NCBI GenBank assembly: GCA_002633005.1
Contig: NMRA01000054.1
Coordinates: 681,711 to 744,360 of the forward strand
Direction of reading: 5' to 3'
Length of the DNA stretch: 62,650 bases
Origin: Phoronis australis
Taxonomy: Eukaryota > Animalia > Phoronida
Within the stretch, counting starts at the first letter, position 1; every line of letters begins with the position of its first letter. The position numbers and the translations under genes were made by a program. The notes beneath the pieces are model-generated. The model did no database searches. It was not told where the DNA came from and saw only the letters and a program-made list of their open reading frames with translations. Below, piece after piece: positions 1-13,800 of this stretch.

Positions 1-999
1 AATAAAATGGCTGCCGAAGGCAGTGCACATTTGAAATAACTCGGCACAAATTAAAGAAAACTTCCGAATCGATGAATGCGGTATATCTGTGAGAGTTAAA
101 TCGAATCCTATTCAGATCATAACTTTGAAGTGGAATAATTCGGTGAGTACAACAGCAAGTCGGTTTTATGCTTAGGCGGACGAACATTGGGCTCCCCAGT
201 ATACTTTAAGTGTAAATATGACAAGGTGAAAACTTCTCATTTGGTGACAGGATTTGGCCTACCGCCCGTTTAAAATACACAGGATGAAATTAACCCCGAG
301 ACTTCAAGTGAGAAAGTGATGCGAGTGTACTGGTGTGTTGTACTGTACCCTGTTGGGTTGTAATTGTATACGTACAGTCTACACTAATGTCTGCAGCAGT
401 CAGCAGAGCCAGAGGGGCTACGCGTTGCTTACGGCTAAGGTAGTCGGAAAACCAAATCATTAGCCTACTGATGAAAATAGCAGAATACACACCTTATAGA
501 ACCCACTGACGTACCTACACAGCTATGAGTAGTCCAAGAACGTCAAACTTTACCCTGTTCACAACCAAGTTATTCTAAAAAAATTCCCGGTAGTACCGGA
601 AGTGTTCCAGAGATTTTGCTGTCACCACTCTCTAATCAAAATTACTACCATTACACTTTGACAAGTTTGTTTAGTTGGATGATTCCTCCATTACTATTGT
701 ATTGAATTATTTCAAAAAAACTCTTCCGATTGTAGAGGCTATTTCTAGTTATATGATTTATTAATCGAGAGTGTTAAACTTCAACTACTGTTCATTATGA
801 ACGATATTCAGTTCCGGATTTCCATTAAATTAAGAAATGGATTAAAGTTTAATGGCATATTTCATGTACTGAATAAAAGTACACGTCAATAAAAATAACC
901 CATAAAACGTTCGGTAAACAACATAAACTATGAAAGCCAAGGTTTACGTTTTCCTATCATGAGTCGTTCAGGTGTCATGTGCTCTATTCTAATGCATCA

Positions 1000-1070
1000 C
1001 AATTGGCTACTTTTTATCACGTGAACAACGGTCGCGCCAACTACAAAGGCGTGTAATGATTTTGGCGTAC
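1000..1070 (+). promoter_or_regulatory. Putative Wee1 proximal promoter: inverted CCAAT, E-box and E2F-like sites
   Basis: ATTGG 1002-1006, CACGTG 1018-1023, CGCGCCAA 1033-1040 and TTTGGCG 1061-1067, all within 160 bp of the ATG. Motif match only. Confidence 0.45.
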
Positions 1071-1159
1071 ATATTTGTTTTGAGTACGAACGAAATTTTA
1101 GCAATTTGATTTATTTATGTAGATTTGATCGCTGAGAAATTATAGAAGAAGGGTGCGAA

Positions 1160-1845
1160 ATGTCCCGTTTCAACTCAAGGACACTTTTCGGAAGCTTCAC
1201 TGCGGATGAGTCGAAGAAAATACTCTTTAACTTGGACGACAGCCTGACTTTGAGCGACGGAGAACAAGATTCCGGACGAGATTCAAGTTTGCAAGATGCG
1301 TCGATGGAGTCGAGTCAGTCCAGTCCTACTGTAAGTCCCCAAGGCTTCGGTACTTCATCAGATTTCCTAGACTCCGGAATATTCAGTTCTGCGTCCGTTA
1401 GTACACCGGCGGTAAACAGAGCACGAAGCAGGATTCGCCAGGAAACATCAGGAGCTCTTCCTTCTGTAAAACTCACTTACGATTCAGACAACTTCGACTT
1501 GTCCGATTCCGAACTTCAAATGACCGACGGGAACCTGTCAGATGACAACTGCCCTCTTAGTCCACCACCCAGCCCAAAGCCTTTCAAGGGAAGGTTCACG
1601 CCTCCTCATAAAGGAATGCGAGCACTGAGATTATTCGATACTCCTCACACACCTAAAAGTTTACTTGAAAAAGCTCAACGGAGGGTGTTACATTCAAAAT
1701 TAAGTGATTGTGATAGAACTGATTCAAGAAGCCCAAGTCCTAGTTCTAGACTTCAGGCTAACATCAACCCATTCACTCCCAGTGAGGCAATGGCAGCAGC
1801 ACCCTCAGTTGGCAAAAAACGCACAAGAAGAGAGTCAGATTTCAG
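1160..1845 (+). CDS. WEE1: Wee1 exon 1 (N-terminal regulatory domain)
   Basis: ATG at 1160; Ser/Pro-rich; Wee-box; donor AG|GTACGG at 1845/1846, phase 2. Confidence 0.92.
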
Positions 1846-4800
1846 GTACGGTATTCTTTACAGTTTGTTAAGTGCTTTTATCATTTTTATTTTATGATTT
1901 GGGCTGCGATGGATAAAGTTTTCATTAATTCTTTCTTTTTATTTTTGCTAGTATATTTGGCATTGTATTTGGTATTTTTATTATTGCAAATATTGTATTT
2001 GTAGCTTGTTAGTTGTTTTATTTGCAGCATGCTCAGACATGCTCATGCATCACTTGCTAGTATGCAAAATCTATACTAACAATATAGAGAAATGGCAAGT
2101 GTGCATTTTATCTCAGTTCTCGATCAAGCGAATACTGTAGCTATATAAGTGAAATTATCAATGATGCTGGTATATCAAATGGCTGATGGTACGATTCAAA
2201 TTTAATCTGTAGTTTATGATCTAATGATAATAATATAAAATGCTTCAGTTGAGGTGCATCTTGCCAAGTAACAAGAATGCAGTTTCTCTTGTTCTGAAGT
2301 CTACTACAGGAGCTGGCAAAACACATAATTCCTCAGTTACTATTATTGACATTGCAATGTTTACTGACTAAGCTTGTGTTGTTAAAATTAGTCACCGACC
2401 ACTATGTGATTAATCAGCTGACTGATATGTGGTGCCATGTCATGATGAGTCATAACAAGCCTGTAAACATATCACTCAACCCTGTAATCTGTTTATGATT
2501 GAACGGTGCACTAGTATGGAGAAATACTAGATATCACTGCTTCTGGTCAATTATTTGTTATTATTTCTGAATAATAAACTTGAATGCTTAAACTTTCACC
2601 AATCTTTAGTGTGCACTGCTTTAAGTTACTCATAGTTTCTTATTCATTTACAAATCCAATTCCCTAGGATTTTGACTGATGTATATTTATTCACGTAACT
2701 GCCAGTATTTTGAGTGCAAAAAATCAATGGTTAGTTCATATCTGTCAGGATCAATTTTTGCTCTTCTAATTGTATTCCTTGTTCCAAAGTTCATTTGATT
2801 GACCTTGTTATTTTGAACACAGTTGCTTGTGCAGTATGGTCAACGTCAGGTTTAGATGTTATTTCACGAAAATTCAACTAAGGTAGCCAAATTAAATCAG
2901 AGGTCACCAAAACTGACTTCGAAATTGTTGACCAAAAAACTTAATGGCGTTCTCCGCCTAAAAAAATTACGCATAGTTCCATTTTGCTGTTAAAAAAGCA
3001 TTATTCAATCTCTAACGCAGTTCCTCCTGCCAAAGAAGAACGCAGACAATCAGTTACACTTTTCATGGTCCATTCTTGGCCGATTAGTGCTGAACAATTA
3101 CGAATTCCTTCTGTTTACTTACTGTTGTAATTTAACCAGGATACTACGTGTTTGATGTGTGTTGAGTGCAGACAAATGCACTGATTTCAGGAAATAAACA
3201 GGACAATCGTGAACCAAAGGTATTGATTGTAGAGAAACTGTTAGTAGTTTAAAATTTGCAAGTCACCACAAATTTTGAAACGAATTTCAGGGGAATTTTT
3301 GTCTGATTTTGACACCTACTTTGGCAGCTTCAGATTTTTTGTATGTCACCAAACACAACGCAGGTCGCCCAGTCAAGCACTGTTGTGTGTCTGGTCTGCT
3401 CTCCTGAGTCGCAAAACCTCACAAATTTGAAAAATGCAAGATCACGCTAGACTTTGTAAGATATTGTCGCATAATCACACTAGCTTACCCCAGTGAAATT
3501 CTTGCGTTCACGGAATGCATCCCGTATGTCAGAGCAGGGCCCTTGCTCACGTGACGGGGATCATGCCATCCCGGTCCTGTCACCACCAATTTCACCCCCG
3601 TTTGCCATCTGTCACCACTATTCGGCAATACCTGGAGTAGCCAAAGCTAATGGTGTGCAAAAATGAAATGATTCTGACAATGATTGGAAGACAATTTATG
3701 GGCCTGAAAAAGAGTGCCATGTGATTTTGAAATATTGTTATATAGGAATTGGGCCAGTATTTGGCCGCAGGCATAGAGGGCTCTGCAGAGGCCACATACT
3801 AAGGTCAGCCTGAGTGCCATTCAAATATACCTGCCTTGTAATACATGACAGGTATTTGATTTCTGTGTTGGACAATAGGGGGATTAGTTACAGGAGCCTT
3901 TGGCTTCTTGGGTCAGATGGTTTCCTTGAATCATTGGGGCTTGTATTTGTGCAGTGACTCAGTTTGTTGGTGGAGATTGGAAACTGTATCTCCTTCAGTT
4001 TAGCTCTCAGAAAAATTTGACTAAACCAGTTACCCCTGTATTGGTTTATCAACTTACATAACCAGGGGGTTTGATTCCTCAATTTTGAGGTTGAAAACCG
4101 GGCCCCATTCCATTATAAAATATTTCAAAATCACGCAGAATTCTCATCAGGTCTAAAAATTCCCCTCTAATGTTAAAATGATCATGGTTAAAATTGCTAC
4201 TGCAAAACTTGATTAGATTTGGCTACTTGAGGCATAGTGACTGGGTGAATTTTCCCTCAAAAAATTCCATCTCAGAAGACACATCCACCTTTTCGCTCAG
4301 GTGAGCAAGGGCACTGTTAGCGTATTTCTTTTTCATGTTTAGAACGTAAGTGTAAAGAAATTGCAACATGAAATGTTTATTTAGTAATTAATTTGCCATT
4401 TCATTTTCTGCAGTTTCTTGATGGATGATTCTGTGGAAATGGACAAAGAAGAAATGCCAAATAAAGTGAGTAAAGTGCATATTTTCTGATGTAAAAATGA
4501 TTTTGACTTGCTCAGCAAGTTAAAAGTATATAACCTTAGTTGTTTTTGCAAACATTTTTTAACAGATGGGATCAACAAGTGCTAAATAAAACACGTTCTG
4601 CTTTACTGTTTGTGTCAATTTCTTCAGTTACTTAATGCACACTTAGATCGTTACATTGCGTTTAACACACGCAGACGAACTTCAAAACAAACGTCACGTG
4701 ACAACAAGGAGTGTGTTCGTCGAGATTTTTCTCGTGTTGCGCTGGTGCGATCTAGCACAGATTTGGACTTAATCTGAAGTTAATCCCGACTCCACAGGAA

Positions 4801-7800
4801 CTTAAAAATCATAGAGATGCTATTTTGAAAACTTAAGGAGGACTTCAGGTAATTTGTTGAGTCAAAACTGTATTTTTATTGTGTGCCCACATATTTATAT
4901 GTGGGTGCATATTGCTGTCATCTCTGTCTGGGCATCCGACGTCCGTGGCTGTATCTCCTAAACCCCTTACAGGATCTTATTGAAATTTGGCAGGTGTGTT
5001 CCTATGGGGTTGACGACAGAGGGCGACAAGTTGTGGACCGACCCGAAAACCGCTGTGCCCCCTAGTGGCAATTTTAGTTTTTTACGTTTGCCTCTATCTT
5101 CTAAGGTCCTCAACCGATTTTCATGAAATTTAGCATATAGGTATCTATTAATGAGTTGATGCTATCCTCTCGCTGTAGGACGGATTCGAGGAATTTTGCG
5201 CCATCTAGTGGACATTTTTACTATTTTTGTGTTCGTTGTTTTGCGTCCGGCCCTCTGTCAACCAAACCACTCTAAGGATGATTGCGAAAATTGGCATGTA
5301 CGTTCTTACTATGGAGAGAACAGTTGGCGATGATTTTTCGATGACTTTGACTGCTGTAACGCCTCCTAGTGGCAGTTTTGTTTGTTTTTGTGCCCATGAC
5401 TGTATCTCCTAAACGCTCTACAGGATCTTTATTAAATGTAGCAAATGTGTTTATATGAAGTTGACTACGGACGACGACGACTTTCGGATACTTCGGACTA
5501 CAGGTGTGCCCCCTAGTAGCAATTTTATTTTTTTACGTTTACCTCTGTATTCTATGAAACTTGGCACATATGCCACATTTAATGAGGTGACGCTATCCTC
5601 CCGTTTTCGGATGGATTGGAGGTATTTTACGCCACCTAGTGGCCATTTTTACTGTTTTCGAGTCTGTTTTTTTTTTGGTGTCCGTCCCTCCATCAACGGA
5701 ACCACTCTAAGGATGATTGTGAAAATTGGCATGTATGATCTTACTATAAAGAGGACGGTTGACAATGATTTTTCGATGACTTCAACGACTGTGGTGCCTC
5801 CTTGTGACAGTTTTTTTTTGCTTTTGCGTCCATGGCTGTATCTTCTAAACGATCTACAAGATCTTTATTAAATGTAGCAAATGTGTTTACATAAAGTTAA
5901 CAACGGAAGACGATGACTTTCTAACGGGTCTGACTAAAACTGCCCTCTAGTGGGAATATAATTATATAATTTTTTCTGTTTTCCTCTGTTTCTCTGAAGT
6001 TCCTTGACGAAATTTCATGAAATTTGTTAAATAGTTTTCTTTTAGAGAATCAGTGACATTTTCTGGTTTTCAGATGGATTCAACATATTTTGCGCCATCT
6101 ATTTGCCCTTTTTTCTGTTTTCTAGTCTATTTTTGCCGTCTGCCCTCTGTCAACCAAACCACTCTTAGGATGATTGTGAATATAGGCTTATATATTATAA
6201 GTGTGAAGAGGACGGTTCACGATGATTATCCGGCTTCAATTACTGTGGTACCTCCTAGTGGCAGGTTTTTTTTTGCGCCCTTAGCTGTATCTCCTAAGCC
6301 CTCTGCAGAATGTTTATTAGATTTAGCAAGTGTATTTATATGACATTGACTATGGAAGATGGCAACTTTCAGACGGATCCTTTTTCCCCTAGTGGCAATT
6401 TCATTTTTTCTGTTTTGCTAAAGTTTCTTGACAGATTTTCATGAAATGTGGTAAATAGCTTTCTGTTAAAAAGACGGTGACATTTTCCAGTTTTTTGATG
6501 GATTCAAAATATTCTGCACTATCTAGTGGCCATTTTTATGATACAAATAAACACTCTAGAAGCACACCGTTTGCAGTGCATTCGTGGGTGCATTTCAATG
6601 CTCCGCGTTGCTCTTGTTCAAGAATTCAAGTTGCCCTATCGATGATCGCGAGGCAGTGACGCATCAGTTGGCGAGTTTTTGCCCTGGGATTTCAGCACAA
6701 TTTTCTGAAAAATGATCAGTCAACTGCAGTGTTCTGGTTGCAATAACTAGTTTGAATTCTACCTCAGTAACAGTTTGTCTTACCTGTGAGTTTGAAAACC
6801 TCTGCAAGGAATTTGAATTTTTAGCAAGATGTGGAATCAGTCTGATGCATATATTAAAAGTCATGGTTTACAAACTTGTCATAGTAGACATGATTATGAA
6901 TTTTGTAATTCTTGTTAGTGAATTTTCTGTTATGGAAAACACTGAAGTGTTCGCCATCAGTTTGAGTTTCCATCTACCATAAAACTCCTCATTTAGTCTT
7001 GGTAGCTTGTTTTGGGAAACCAGAAACCAGCTTTATTGCGCAAAATCGTTTCGAGTAATGTAGGTGTGTTAAGAATAAGAGATAGGTATTCTGTGTTTCT
7101 TGATGATGTGATTTTGATGCTTGATTGTGAAGTGCCGTCAACCGCCAACCATTTATTGCAGAAAATCGCGCTGCATGAGATCAACACATCCCGATACAAT
7201 GAAGAGTTCCTACAGGTCAACAAACTAGGTGATGGAGAGTTTGGTAGTGTGTTCAAGTGCATTAATAGGTTGGACGGTTGTGCCTATGCAGTGAAGAAAT
7301 CCAAGACACCAGTGGCTGGCAGTGCTTATGAGTAGGTTTCATGTTACAAGGAACCTGTTAAACATTGAAGGAATATTTAATGTGTACTCATCGGCTCAAT
7401 ACATTGCCTGTTTGATCTAAATTGCCTTAAATGTGAACAGCCCAGTTTTCAGATTGACAGACAGTCATAAGTGAAATTGTACAGTCATTGCATGTTCTGA
7501 GGATATAAACATTTTTACTGTGTTAAAATTTATAGTTTGAAGATATTTGGCTAAATACATGAACCAGTCAATAAGTTCCTACATAATCTTAAACATTAAA
7601 CAGACTTTTTCAAGCAAGACACATGATCATTTGTGTTACTAGAACAGAAAATCACCATGACTATGTGTGTCCTGGGCTCACAAAACGGGTTTAGCCACCT
7701 AACGTTGGGAAGTGAACTTATATTGTGAGTGTCTTGAGGGTTCTTGCGTATCACACAAATGTGTATGAGTTTTGAATTAACTCTCATTAACCTTGCTAAC

Positions 7801-10800
7801 GAGTCTTGACTGGTGACAGGTCACATGATTATTTCTATTTCAGACGTAATGCCATGAATGAGGTGTACGCTCACGCAGTTCTTGGTAAACACTCGCACGT
7901 GGTGCGCTACTTTTCCGCCTGGGCAGAGCGCGACCATATGTATATACAGAATGAATTCTGCAACGGTCAGTATCAACATGACTCAGGCTTACATGTTTGG
8001 TTATAGTAAATATATAGACGCTGAGGTTGGCCAGTAGAGAAATATATAAAATAATTGAACCACAGGTTGCTGGTCTAGTGCTCTTACCACTGAGTTACTG
8101 AGGACCCGATATCTGTGTAATTACCATGTAAAGCCAACTGTTATGTCATACATACCATGAGTGGCGTTTCGCCTTTTTCACACGGGTTTTGGACAATTAT
8201 ACACAATCAGCAATTTACCAGTATGTGTTAATTAGGTATAGTAAATACATAGGCGCTGAGGTTAGCCAGTACAGTAATATATCAAATAAACACAGAAAAA
8301 TCAGGACCCCAGCTGGGAATCAAACCACAGGTCTCTAGATTTTACATGTTTGGGTATGGAGTAGTTTATCGAAATGTATTAGTTACAGCTGGATTACTTG
8401 AATTAGGTTGTGTGGACAATTTTATTGCTGCTTCTGTTACTTTCATGTGAACTCCTATTTGTGATGAGCTATTTTATATCAAGATAGGTGCTCTGTGCTT
8501 GTTGCTAACAAGTGGTTTCTATTTTATTGTGACATTGGTGACACTGTTTTTAATACTGCAATACATCATGCTTTCACATTAGACAATTAGCACTAGTTCT
8601 TGGTGATGGAATCTAATGAATCTAGTCTGTGGCTGGACTAAGACCCTCAGTCTTTTGGTCATTCAGTGTTTATAGAATTCTTGAGATTCTTGACAATGAC
8701 AGTTTTGCCCTCTTTAATGTCTGGCCGGTGAATCTTTGATTGTTGAATTTCTTAATTTTGTTTTTGTGTATTTACATCTTGTCTCCAGGTGGCAGCCTAG
8801 CTGACAGCATTGCAGAGAGCTGCAAAGCTGGAACTCACTATTCGGAGGTTGAACTGACGCAGCTTCTACTTCAGATTGCTAAAGGCCTCAAGTACATTCA
8901 CTCACTCAACCTCGTCCATCTAGATATCAAGCCTGGTGAGTGGTTGAGAAGGGTCTCATTAACATAAGTGCGGGGGGGGGCTTGTTGGGCCTACATGCAC
9001 ATAGTGCTGTGGAATTAAGACTCTTAATTCAGTCTTGGGCCAAGATGAAATCTATCCACAGGCAAAAATGGCTCTGTATGTACTTCACGCCTATGATCCT
9101 TTTTAGAATTAGAAATTTTTAAAGGTCTCTTTTCAACATTGCCTTTTGTCTGCTTTTGACAAATAGCGAATGTCCTTCAACTGTTGTCATGCCTTGAGGG
9201 CAAATTTCACCTTTATCGTCAGAATGAATTAACTAAAACACTCCTATAATGACGGTTGAATGAAATAAACGCTGTCTATGGTGACCAAGTTAAAGATCTC
9301 TGATCTCGTAGATGTAACAGACTGGGGACCAAAACAGTTGGAATTTTCAATCAACAACGATAGAAATTAGGTGATCAGCTGATTATATCTTCAAAAAACA
9401 ATTGCACATAACCATGAAATGTCTGAAATAAGGTAACTTTATTGCAAGCTTCATTAAATTTAATCAGAAATAACCACAGAAGAGACATGTGAAAAAGCCT
9501 CTGACATAACAATACAAACTAAAGCCAGTTATGATTCAGTTGGGGTCTGTATACCTTGTGCCACAGATGTACTCAACGGTTCTTGTGAGACACTGTCGTA
9601 ACGGGGGTTAGCATTGTCACTAAACTGACCCAAAAGTTTCTGACACTGTGAGCATATTGAGCGATAAAAGGAGCCCTGCCCTTCCCAGACTCAGTCGTGT
9701 GATACTTCAGATTAAGGGATCTGATTCTGAATTATCATGATAAGTTCTTTTGATGTATTTTTTCTTGTGCTAGTTTCAAAAGAAATGTGGCAGAAGGTGT
9801 TTGGATTGACACGTCTGTTTCTTTTTAGGTAACATCTTCATCAACAGAAACCCCACTGTGACGTCGCCCATGGAAACGATAGTAGATGAGGATTCCTGTG
9901 ATCAAGAAATGTTCTCCGAGCCCATAACGTATAAAATTGGTAACTGCATTTAAATATTTACTTTCTTCCTTGGTACAGTCCCTGCAGTGTGGTCAGTATT
10001 GTGGTTACTCTACTAGAGAGATAGTGTGCTCTACCTGACTGATGTACAATGATGAAAGTTGGATAGAGTGTAACATGCTCCATTTCTGTTGTTTTTTTGT
10101 TAGTTTTGGTTAAGTTTGGAAGTTCAGGGGCCTGTTTCTTGAAAATTCATAAATCTTGTCTTTTGACTTTAGCCAAAGAAATGTGACTATGAATAACCAA
10201 CAGCTGAGTTTTGTCTGTTGCGTTTCTGGAAATGTTTCATCCTCTGTCCATTTGAGCAGTTTGCGGATTTTTGTCTTGATTTCGAGTAATAGACAGATTT
10301 ACTGAATTTCAGCCTTAGCCTGATGTTTGCGAAAGAAGCTAAGCCTGAATTTTAGCTGAAAGTCAAAAGACAAAAGCCAGTAGAGTGCCTTGCCACAGCT
10401 TTTGAATAGTGTATAAACTGGCTAACACTGATCATGTGTGCCTTGTATAAACCAGCACATTTACAATGTGTTCAAGGGTTGAGGTCTAATCCCTATTCTT
10501 AACATCAAACTTTCAAAATTATTTTTTACTTTTGTGCAATAGTACGATGACATGGTGTATATGTATGAATGTTTAATCTTCGTTTGCACTTGATGACCTC
10601 AGCACTGAAGAGTCTGAGTTCAGAATCTCGAGGTTGTAGCTCGAATATAGAGGTCATCATGTGCAAACTTTGACTGGACACTTGTCTATGTAGTCCCTAC
10701 ACAAAAACGGACCTTTGTATTGAGTTTATACTAAAGTGGAATGGATTCCTAATGTCATAAATAAATTCTGAGTTACGTTTTGAATATAGTGATTACACTT

Positions 10801-13800
10801 GGGGCCCAAGACATTCTAAGGTCTAGTGTTAACAGCTGTTTAAAATGGTTTTGGATATTGTGTAAAACATTTGTTCAGTTGAGACTCTTTCAAGTAATGT
10901 GTGTTCAATTAAAAAGTTGTTTTCGTGTGTCTTCAGCCTTAAACATCATCTTTTATCTTGTATTTCAGGTGATCTTGGTCATGTGACATCGTTGATGAAC
11001 CCGTCGGTGGAGGAGGGTGACTGTCGGTACCTGCCGGATGAAATCCTTCAGGAGAATTACGACCACTTGACTAAAGCAGACATCTTCTCATTGGCTCTTA
11101 CAGTCTTTGTGGCTGTAAGTATGCACTGGCGACACCTAGTGCACCTCTTAACAGAGCCAATGAAGTCATCTCTGAATGTTGAGAAATTTTGAATTACTAC
11201 TGTACATTATGAAATCTTTCTTTGTCAAATCCTCCAAAATGGAAACATTCTCATTAACTGTGTTCTTGGTTCTTTGGTCTGTGAAAAAGGAATTGTGGTG
11301 ATAAGAAAAAATGCGATACTTTTGAATATAATTTACACTGTAAAGAATTTGACATAATTAAACTGAGCACTGTGAGGAGACTGTTTATTAGTCCGTCCTG
11401 AATGGTGGTGATATCTGATAGTTTGTACCAAATGTGCACAGCATATTAATCCTTAGATTTGGCTAAAAATCCGCCATCTTGTAGGTTTCCAAAACATTTA
11501 GAAATTTTTGTCAGGTGTACAGTTGATAATTGTCTTGTTTTTGTTAATTCCCAATTTGGCTCTGTTCATTACAGGGGCATGGAAGACCCCTGCCCAAGAA
11601 TGGCGATGACTGGCACAAGATCAGGGCCGGACACCTGCCACCCCTTGCCCAGTGTTCAGAAGAGTTCAATGGTCTACTGGAGGTAGGTTAGCATTTGAAT
11701 GATAATGTTGGTACCATGTTTGATAATTTGCAGGCACAATACACCCCTAATATTTGAGATGTGAGACTCAGTTTTCACAATTTTTAGGTACAGTAAAAAT
11801 GGAATTAGTCACTTACAGGGGTCTCAGATTTTGATAACCAGTTTGATGCTCGTTATTCAGTGGAGAAAACTGGACCTCAAAATACAAGACTCCTGTACGT
11901 GACTTACGGTAAAAATGACAACTTCAAGTTGGATTTAATAACACTAAAGTGCAAATCCTGGAAAAGATATTGTGTACATTAACTGAATTTGAAGTAGGTT
12001 ACCATTGTGCAAGTAAATTAAAGAGTCTTGTTCTGTGAAAGGAGTGAATAGTGAAGTCCATTTGTTCCATGTTGTTACAGTTGATGATTCACCCTGACCC
12101 CAGAATGCGCCCCTCAGCCTCCTCCCTGGTCAACCACCCTGTTGTGTGCCCCTTCTCTCGCAAGTCACGTGCCATGCTGCGAAGAGAACTGAATGAGGAG
12201 AAGTTCAAGAATGAGATACTCTCCAGGTAAGCTAACATTTCTATGTTTAATTTCATAAACTAAATGTAACAGGACTTACTAAGAGATAAAGAGGTATGTG
12301 ACCTTTTTCAAGGCCTTTTTCAATTTGTCAGTTTGCCGCAGTTTGTTTCTTCTGACTTGTTTTAAATGTCGTTTGATTGTTGGAAAACAAAATTGATGAG
12401 AACCCAGCAAGTGGTCAAACCAGTCCTGTCCTGTGAGCAAGTCACACAATACATACACTGTGTGTCTGATTGGCTAAATCACTGCTGTGTTAGCTTTGCT
12501 GCATGTCTCTGGTGTCATTGCTCAAGGCAAGTGGCAAACTATTTTGTAAATTGGCTGGCTGCAGATTGAACATAGCTCACCGGACCTGCTCACTGCATCA
12601 CACTTTTAGTCAGTGGAAATGCTATCATTTTTACAGAAGTCTTCTAGAGGGTTCAAATGTCTTAGGGCTGTTCCAGCAAAATCTGTGTGGGAGGGGGAAG
12701 GCAACTGAAATAAAAATTTCTGGGTGGTTGCGTTTGATTTAAATTCAAAATGGCTGGTGGTCGTACTTCAAAAAAATAAAAATTTACAGGTCGTTGTTGT
12801 TTCATTGGGCCATAAATGTTTGATGGTGGGTAATTTTAGTAAATTTTATAAACAATCCGCACAGAATCAAAAACTGAAACAAAAATGCAACTTGCAAAAA
12901 GCTCTGACTTTTTCACTCCCTCCGATCTCCTCATCGGCATGCCCATAACACCATTTAACCACAGGTGCTCGAATTTCTCTATGGCTAATAACCATATATA
13001 AGAAACATATGTTTTCTTAGTAATGAATGACGTTAGTGATGATGGAGGAACAGATAAACTCAAGCGCCTGTGCAGTCAACCACAAGAACAAAAAAAATTA
13101 CGGGTGGTTGCGTTTCAAACTTATAAAAAATTATGGGTGGTAGGCTTAAGAAATAAATGAAAAATATAGGTGGTGGGTGCAAAAAAAGGTGCCTTCCCCC
13201 CTCCCACACAGACTTTACTGGAACAGCCCTTATTAATATGTGCCAAATTGACTAAAATTCAGGAAAGGTCACTTTTCTCTTCTATCATATTTTGTTATCC
13301 ATCATGTCATCCTTGTTGTTTTCACAGTAACATATGACACTGGAAGTGCCTGTGGTACATTGTTTGTCATGAATAATAGTATTAAACAGTTTGTCCTGGC
13401 TCCTGGTGTCAAATTGTGAGTTTCAGTTGACTGTTACTTTCTCACCCATGAAGGATTGTTGCCAAACACACTTCAGTTATTGGCTAACTGAACCTTTGAG
13501 CATTACTCAGTTCTGTGTCTTTGGTGACAGCCAATCTATTAATTATCCTTCACTTCATTACTGAGAAACAGAAAACTGACACGCAATATTGTTAATTAAC
13601 GTTACTTGATGACTGTAATGTGGTGGCATGTCAAGACATGAGAAATGATGTTAATGTTTGCTTTATACCAGCACACTTCAAGTGTTATGAGCAAATGCTT
13701 CCTGGTGTAACCAAGTCTAGGAAGTTACTGCGGTATGTATTGTAGAGTATGCGGCAATGTAGTGTTATATTTTTATTTGTTTTAGGAAGCTACAGGCTGC

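Noticed and set aside
5227-6343. Three similar ORFs (..[12 protein letters not shown]..) resembling a small gene family
   Set aside because: They are translations of the about 445-bp tandem units. Frames and stops differ between copies.
8060-8340. Possible tRNA gene
   Set aside because: A and B boxes are split across two decayed copies and no cloverleaf can be formed. SINE-like.
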